Positions 56,353-64,000 of a DNA stretch of 64,000 nucleotides are shown in pieces. Origin of the DNA: Octopus vulgaris (lineage: Eukaryota); the NCBI GenBank assembly GCA_951406725.2, contig OX597837.1:18600001-18664000 (forward strand). The letters are read 5' to 3'. The position numbers were made by a program, and so were the translations under genes. Position 1 is the first letter of the stretch. Every line of letters starts with the position of its first letter. The notes beneath the pieces were generated by a model. The model was not told where the DNA came from. It made no database searches and saw nothing but the letters and a program-made list of their open reading frames with translations.

Positions 56353-56825
56353 ATGTAAGGGATTATTAAAAACAATCCTGATGCCAACTGAGTTCAACCA
56401 AATATATTGATAGGAAGATCATCAATATATATGTGTATAAACAGTCTCATAAAATTAAAAAGTTAATAAAAGAAAATGGAGAAGAAAAATTAAAAAGATG
56501 TTGGTTTGTTTTATTTGTATTTCAACTGGGAAAATAATGCGAATTAAAAGATGAAAAAATATACCTATAAGAGTATAAAGGGAACCGCCTCAACAATAAA
56601 ATAACCCCAAAATATTGACATTCTAATTTTATGAGACTATATATATATAGATAGGTATGTGTGTGTGTGCGTGCGTATATGTGTGTGTGTGTGTGTAATA
56701 AATGTGAAAACTAATTTCTGTGTGCCAGTGTGTCACACTTTGACTACCCCTCTCTCACTATTCAGTGCCACTTTCTCGTGCTGGGGTGAGAGTAATAGCA
56801 GGCAAAGAGACGGTGAGGGTGGTAG

Positions 56826-56864
<39 letters not shown>

Positions 56865-57064
56865 GGAAAAGAGAGAGGGGGGAAGAGAGAGAGGAGGAAG
56901 AGATAGAGAGATAGAGAAAGAGCTGGTATGTGAGAGATAGAGGGAGATGATGTACAACATCCACCATCTTCAACTGACTCCTTATTTATCGACTCCGAAT
57001 ATATGAAAACAAAGTCGATGTCGGAAGGATTTGATCTCAGAGTTGGAACATTCACCACAAGTGA

Positions 57065-57275
57065 TTCTGGTGAGCTGGAAGAATCATTAGCTCGCCGGAC
57101 AAAATGCTTAGTGATATTTTGCATTTTACATCCTGAATTCAAATTCCGCCGAGGTCGACTTTGCCTTTCAACCGCTCGGCGTCGATAAAATGAGCACCAG
57201 TCAAACACTGGAGCCAATGTAATCGACTCGTCCTCTCTCCATAAATTTCAGGCTTTTTACCTATAATAGAAAAGA
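57065..57275 (+). mobile_element. SINE family B
   Basis: ggtgagctggaagaatcattag...gaattcaaattccgccgaggtcgactttgcctttca. Confidence 0.7.
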
Positions 57276-57808
57276 CGTGATACACCAAAAAATATTTCAT
57301 TTCGCATGTTGGATTATTGGTCAATTTTGCATGTTGGATTATTGGTCACTTGGAGAGGATGGTGCTGCTGTTACACACGCTAACATCTAGACCATATCAT
57401 TTAAAGTGAGAAGGTTGTTTGGAAGGAGTGAATACACGCACGCACGCACGCACGCACGCACGCACACATAATACATACAAAATCTGCATCGCGGAGAGAA
57501 CCAAAATTCAAAAGGACTATGCTACGCGTTGAATAGTTTTCTTTAAATGTGTCCATTTCAAGCGCTATCTACTGGAAAATTGGATCTCCCCGTTTGCTGG
57601 TTAGGCTATTACGAGTCTGTAAAGGTTTTTTATCCTCTCGTCCAGGGGAGATAAGGCTGTCCACAATGCTGTGGGTGCGAAACCATTGGTAACTCTATGA
57701 CCAAAATTTAATTTTTTGTTTTAATACTTACTGCTCTATTCTTTAGAGTGTGCTTCTTTTCTGATATATGCCTTATTGACAATATATATTGTATCTTTTA
57801 TATAAGTA

Positions 57809-58854
57809 CAGTGAAGAGAGGACGGACGTTTTTGAAATGGCTATTACTTAGCTCCAGCGGGAGGGGCAATTATTATTCGGTTTGTGGTGTCTTGGCGCTG
57901 TGGACGATAGAACATCGCGTGTTTGCCTGCAACAGTTACGTGAAGAATAACGAGTCTGTCAAAGCACTTCAGCGTGAGTTTCGGCGCCACTTCAACATTC
58001 ACTGAAATTAGGCTCTGCCCATCCCTAACACAATCTTTGGATGAATGCACTTCGTACACGAAGAACCCCGGAAAATGTGGAATACATCAGTCAAGCTTTG
58101 ATACGGAGGCAAATGCCAACCTCATTTGGTTCATCTTAATGGCATTGGGAATCAACAGAACTGCCGTTATTGGGCTCTTGGAAATCCGAGAGAACTGCAT
58201 GAAAGACCACTGCACAGCCCAAAAGTGACGGTCTGGTGTGCTGTTGGAAAAACTGCCGTCATTGATACTTACGTTTTTGAAGACAATAATGGAAATACTG
58301 TTACTGTGAACTCTAGCGTTACATCGAGATGATAGACAGCTTTTTTGTGCCTGGATTACGACGGAAACGTATGCCCATTCGACGTGTGTGAGTTCAGTAG
58401 GAGGGAGCGACGGCCCACACAGCCAGAGCATCAATAGATGTTCTTCGACCTCTCTTCGGCGACCACCTCATTTCCAGGTTTACTGACATTCCTTGCCCCT
58501 CCCCCACTCGGTCCCTTGCTTTGTCCATGCGTGATTATTTCTTGTGGGGAAACCTCAAGGCACGTGTGTATGCGCACAAGCCCCGTACATTGGACGATTT
58601 GAAGGAAGCTATTCGCGTAGAAGTCGCCTAAATCGACAGAGCAATGCTGGAGAGAGTGAAGGCAAACTTCCAAGAACGCCTTCAGAAATGCACCAATGAA
58701 AACGGGCACCACATGATGGATGTTGTTTTCCACACTTGATTTTGACAAATGCTAATTCAATACGAGCAAATTGGTTTCAATAAAATTTGTTTGCAGCTAA
58801 AATTAATGACTTTGTGAATTTTTCAAACACGTCCGTACTCTCTGTCCCAACCTG
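57809..58854 (+). mobile_element. Tc1/mariner DD41D (rosa/Visitor-like) transposon, degraded
   Basis: TA-flanked imperfect TIRs. Pieces FHLNGIGNQQNCRYW, PLHSPKVTVWCA, GATAHTA and DYFLWGNLKARVY; the reconstructed spacing between the 2nd and 3rd catalytic positions is about 41 residues. Confidence 0.8.
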
Positions 58855-58876
58855 TATATATCTACATGTACGTATG

Positions 58877-58936
<60 letters not shown>

Positions 58937-59050
58937 CGCGTGCGTGTGTATATATATGCATATGTGTATACATATATATGTGCATGTCTGTATATGCACT
59001 CTCACATACAGACATACACGCGCGCGCACATACACATACACACATCTAAG

Positions 59051-59484
59051 GGATCTTTTCGGTTTGAACGGCAGTTTTTTCAAGCGGTGTCATATAAAAT
59101 TGTCACCCAAAATTATGACCCTAGTATCGATCTATTGCATTTCAATCTATTTTAGGGTTAGGGTTAGTTAGGGTTAGTGTTAGGGTTAGGGGGAAGGGTA
59201 TCTTTTTTTCTTCAGAAATGTAAATAAACTCAATCTGTTTCTTAAACGAGTGACATATTCATACGGCACAGAATGTTTTCACCTCAATAGACGGTCATTG
59301 ATTGGTTGAAATTGCAGAAATTGAGGAAAAAAAAACAACAGATGTCTTACAAACTATAGAATTTTCTCAATAAAGCCAAGAGAAAAATATGTTTTATAAA
59401 CACATTCTACCAGTATACGAAGTTTGTAATTTTTTAATTACCTAGAAATTATGTTAAAAACTGCTGTTCAAACCGAAAAGATCC
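59051..59484. mobile_element. Complete GG-TIR MITE with 8-bp TSD (Merlin-like)
   Basis: Same TIRs as 16154-16616. TSD catctaag on both sides. Internal TTAGGG units. Confidence 0.88.
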
Positions 59485-60093
59485 CATCTAAGTGTTGAAA
59501 ACAAATATAAAACAACGGAAACAATTGGAGTGATAGTGGAGAGACGGAGAGAAGGAAACTGAATAAATAGTTATATTAAAGAATAGAAAGAGATAGACAT
59601 TTATTACATATATGAAAAGGGGCGAGAGCGAAGCATAACATTAGGAAGAAAGCACACAGCCGTAACCGCCGGGTATTAATAGGGGGAGAAGGGTATATCA
59701 CATGTATTAAAGGAAGAGAAAGAATGGTATACTACATGTATTGAAGGGAGAGATAGGGAGAGTAAGAAAGAGAGAGAGGATTATTACGTATATAGAGAGG
59801 TATAGTGTATATACTACAGGGCGAGTGTCAAAGAGAGAGAGGGAGAGAGAGGGAGAAATAGATAGAGAGAGAGAGTGAGGGAGGGAGGGAGTGTTACATG
59901 TGTTAAAGAGAAAAAAGAACGCACATAACATATCAACGGCTACATATGAGAGAGAGAGAAATGTAGAGAGAAAAAGAACGAGAGAGAGGGTGAGCGAGAG
60001 AAGGAAAGAGAGAGAGAGTGTGTATGTGAGAGAATGTCTGAGAGAGAGAGAGGGGGGAAGAGAGAGAGAGAGGGGGAAAGAGAGAGAGAGAGG

Positions 60094-60130
<37 letters not shown>

Positions 60131-60401
60131 AAGCTAGGCAAAAACGAAGAGGGTAAGGAATGAAGTGTCAAATATACAAGAAATAAAAGTTGTAATGAAA
60201 GCGCAACAGAAGAGAAGGGTGTATGAAAGAGGAGAAAGAGAAAACAGAGGCAAAAGAACCTAGAGGTGGTGGGGGTGGGGGGTAGAAAGAAAGGGAGAGA
60301 AAGACAAAGAAAGGGGGAGAGAGCAAGTGAGGGAATCAGTACATAACAAGAGGAGCAGACGACAGTGAAACTCCGTTCCGATTGGCTGAATATTTAAGTG
60401 C

Positions 60402-60440
<39 letters not shown>

Positions 60441-60490
60441 AACTGATACGCACACATATACAGTGAGCCCTTTATATTGTATACTGCTAC

Positions 60491-60534
<44 letters not shown>

Positions 60535-61155
60535 CATATACACAATATTCACACTCACATACAATACAAACAAAATTATCAAAACTTTTCTATTCCTTCA
60601 TTATTTTTCTAAAAAACCCAATTTGCCTGACATCTTAATGGAAGCTGAAATGCAACGAGATTAAAATTTCCTTACGACAGAAATAACAACAGAAACAGCA
60701 AATAATAATGATTACTTTCTTTCTCTCTAATAAGAGACATTATTCCACGACTGAATCAGAGGACCTGATAATATTACTGGTATTTTATCATCTTCGGAGA
60801 AATGAAACTACAAGATTTGAACAAGGGAAAAGAAAATGACTGCGTCCTTCGCCTAACCACGACCAGCTGCTCCCTTATAATTGTTAACCGAGAACGGTCC
60901 TATTAAAAGACGATACTCGTTGCGAATTGAACTGAAGAACTACAAATAAGAAGTGAATGATACTCGGCAGGGATATATTTTGTGTTTTGATTTTCAACAA
61001 GAACAATTCGTTTAAGGTTTGAGACAAAAAGTCGATTAGAGCAGGAAGCATTTTCTCTTACTAATATACAGATGTGCCTACGTATAGCTTGCCTGTTCAG
61101 TTGCACATTCACAAACACATAGCACCTTCACACGCTTATTGAATCCTTAGACACG

Positions 61156-61198
<43 letters not shown>

Positions 61199-61699
61199 AA
61201 ATTCACACACACACAAAGTATATTGTGTACGCATTCACATATTCAGTGTTATACATACATATCATTGTCTATTTGATCAGGTACACACGCATACACACAC
61301 GCGCACACACACAAATACACACACACACGCACACACGCACACACGCACATACATATATACACACACACGTGTGTATGTAAACACATGCACATATTGCAGA
61401 CTCACAATTTACAGTGCATTAAAGGTGTTTAAAGTTATCCCCGGATTGCCAGTGGATACAGGAAAGTAAGTATTTCTGATATTATTTACTTCCATAAGTT
61501 AAAATAATCAACTAATTAAAGCTTCACAGCTTCAATTATTTTCGATATTTACATCAGCGTAAGCAACATATTTGTCTAAAATAAGCATATTTTCTGTATA
61601 TGCATATAAACATGTGTGCGTGTGTGTGAGTGAGTATACATATATGACAGGTGTATGTATAAATAGACAGGTGTATGTATAAATACATACATATATATT

Positions 61700-61898
61700 C
61701 TTTTACTTCTTTCAGTCATTTGAGCCATGCTGGAGCACCGCCTAGAAGGGTTTTAGTTCCAACCAATCGACCCCAAGATTTATTTTAATTTTAAATCCTA
61801 GTACTTATTCTATCGGCTCCCTTTGCCGAGCTGCTAGAAACGGGGACATAAACTCACCAAGATCGGTTGTCAAGCGATGGTGGGGGACAAACACACAC

Positions 61899-61900
<2 letters not shown>
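61700..61900 (-). mobile_element. SINE family A 3' half
   Basis: tttcagtcatttgagccatgctggagcaccgcc...cggttgtcaagcgatggtgggggacaaacac. Confidence 0.7.
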
Positions 61901-61961
<61 letters not shown>

Positions 61962-62062
61962 CACGATAAGCTTCTTTCATATTTGAAGCTCCAAGGAAGC
62001 ACTAAACTATGAGTGCATTGCTTCATATTGCAGAAACCGCTGTGTTCTTTTGTCATCCCAAT

Positions 62063-62141
<79 letters not shown>

Positions 62142-62144
<3 letters not shown>

Positions 62145-62255
62145 AACACACTTTGGGTCGAACCAGGGACAGCTGATGAAGGGGAATTTTCCTTGTATTG
62201 TTTGTCCTGTACTCTGTTTTTTCGTTATTTAAAATTTGTGGTGTCCTGTACTTTT
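62142..62255 (+). repeat. Short dispersed element, second copy at 63517-63690
   Basis: tcgaaacacactttg(g/a)gtcgaacca..gacagctgatgaaggggaattttccttgtattgtttgtcctgtactctg occurs twice, each directly after (TA)n. Confidence 0.8.
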
Positions 62256-62624
62256 ATATATATATATATATATGCATGTATATATACATGTAGATGTAAG
62301 TATGTACATATATGTATGTATATATGCATATATTTTATTTATTTATTATATTAAATATACTTACATACATACATATATACATATATATGTATATATATAT
62401 ATGTACATATATATATATACATACATATACATATGCATATATATTCATATATACTACATACATATAAATGAAAATGTATATTAAATGCACAAATGACAAG
62501 TACAAAACGTATAACGTATATTGAGTGCACAAACGGACGGAAGACAGACACAGAAGGTTCCTAATCCTGCATCAGTTATCAACAAGATGGTATTAACAGT
62601 TTCGCACCATTAATGATATATATA

Positions 62625-62663
<39 letters not shown>

Positions 62664-63009
62664 CACATATACACATATACACATATACATATCTATCTGT
62701 CTGTCAATCTCTCTCTCTCTCTCTCTGTTTCTCTCTGTCTCTCTCTCTTCTTCTAGCGAAGAATTGCCAAACCTTACTTCCGTGATTTCATAGCTATTTT
62801 AAGACAATATTTTGTACATGTGTCATTCCAATGATTTGGACGAATTTAGTTCATAACAGTCAAAGCAATTTCTACAAGGAATATGATGTAGAATCAAATG
62901 ACGACATTTCATGTACAGTGAAATACATATAATTGTTTCATAGAGTGTTATTCACAGATTGCATATATGTACGAACTCTGTATACGAATTTATTATAATC
63001 ATACAGACA

Positions 63010-63400
63010 AGGGCGTGGCTGTATGGTAAGAAGCTTGCTTCCCAACCACATGATTCCGGATTCAGTTCCATTGTGTGACACCATAGGTAATTGTCTTCGG
63101 ACCGACCAAAGCCTTGTGAATGGATTTGGTAGATGGAAACTGAAAGAAGCCCAACGTATATATATATATATATATATATTTGTCTTGTCTGTCTGTCTGT
63201 ATCTCTGTATGTATGTATGTGTGCGTGTGTGTGTATCTATGTGTGTGTTTGTATGTCTCCCACCACCGCTTGACAACAATTACTGGTGTATTTACGTTCT
63301 CGTAACTTAGCGATTCGGCAAGTAAAAAACCGTAAAACCCTTTAAGTTGGTAGTAAAGCATGGCTGCAGTCAAATGACTGAAAATAAGTAAAATAAAAGA
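63010..63400 (+). mobile_element. SINE family A, full length
   Basis: ggcgtggctgtatggtaagaagcttgcttcccaaccacatg...gcatggctgcagtcaaatgactgaaa. Confidence 0.8.
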
Positions 63401-64000
63401 TAATCTATCGATATTATTGATTTGATTAGCTATCCATTTGCTGTATATTATTAATTCAATGATTAATTTGTTCATTTATATATTCACATACTTATTATAC
63501 AAGTATATATATATATCGAAACACACTTTGAGTCGAACCATGGACAGCTGATGAAGGGGAATTTTCCTTGTATTGTTTGTCCTGTACTCTGTTTTATCGT
63601 TATTTAAAAAAAGTCCGTTTCCTTGTTTGATTTTATGTTCACGTCACTCGTTGCGTTCTACGTTTATTTGTGGTGTCCTGTACTTTTATATACAGACAAT
63701 ATATGTATAATATATCTTTATAATATATGTATCTTTATATACATCTTTATAAACATTCATTTTGTAATTGATGTGAGATGTTATTAAAAAGAAGCGACGT
63801 TGATTGTTTTACATTGTCTACCTCATCTTTGAAGTCGTATGTTGTGGAGTTTCTCTTTTTACTGCTATGAAGCAAATTTGTTCTAAACGTTGGAAACACT
63901 GCTTTCACGGGTTTAAAATATTCCTTTTTGGATGGGAAACTGAATTAGTGAAACAAGTTTCTTTGCTAAAACATTCAATCTGCAAAATATAGCTGTTTGC

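Overview
AT-rich, microsatellite-saturated eukaryotic DNA. The SINE and simple-repeat content suggests a cephalopod (Octopus-like) genome, but that is an inference. I found no intact host gene, rRNA, tRNA gene or CRISPR array, and most long ORFs are translations of simple repeats. The window is a mosaic of decayed transposons: a near full-length Dong/R4-type non-LTR element plus two truncated copies, three Penelope GIY-YIG remnants, a Gypsy remnant and a probable solo LTR, a Chapaev3-like transposon with nested insertions, DD37D, DD41D and mariner remnants, Helitron ends, a GG-terminated MITE family with 8-bp TSDs, LINE tails and many SINEs. The most notable unannotated signal is about a dozen type I hammerhead-ribozyme motifs found by eye. 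One is near-canonical and present as a mirror pair at 26841-26891 and 28617-28667. Most lie in short non-coding units beside (TA)n tracts, often as outward-facing inverted repeats, which suggests a family of non-autonomous Penelope-derived ribozyme retroelements. Coordinates were counted manually and may be off by a few bases, and no database searches were run.
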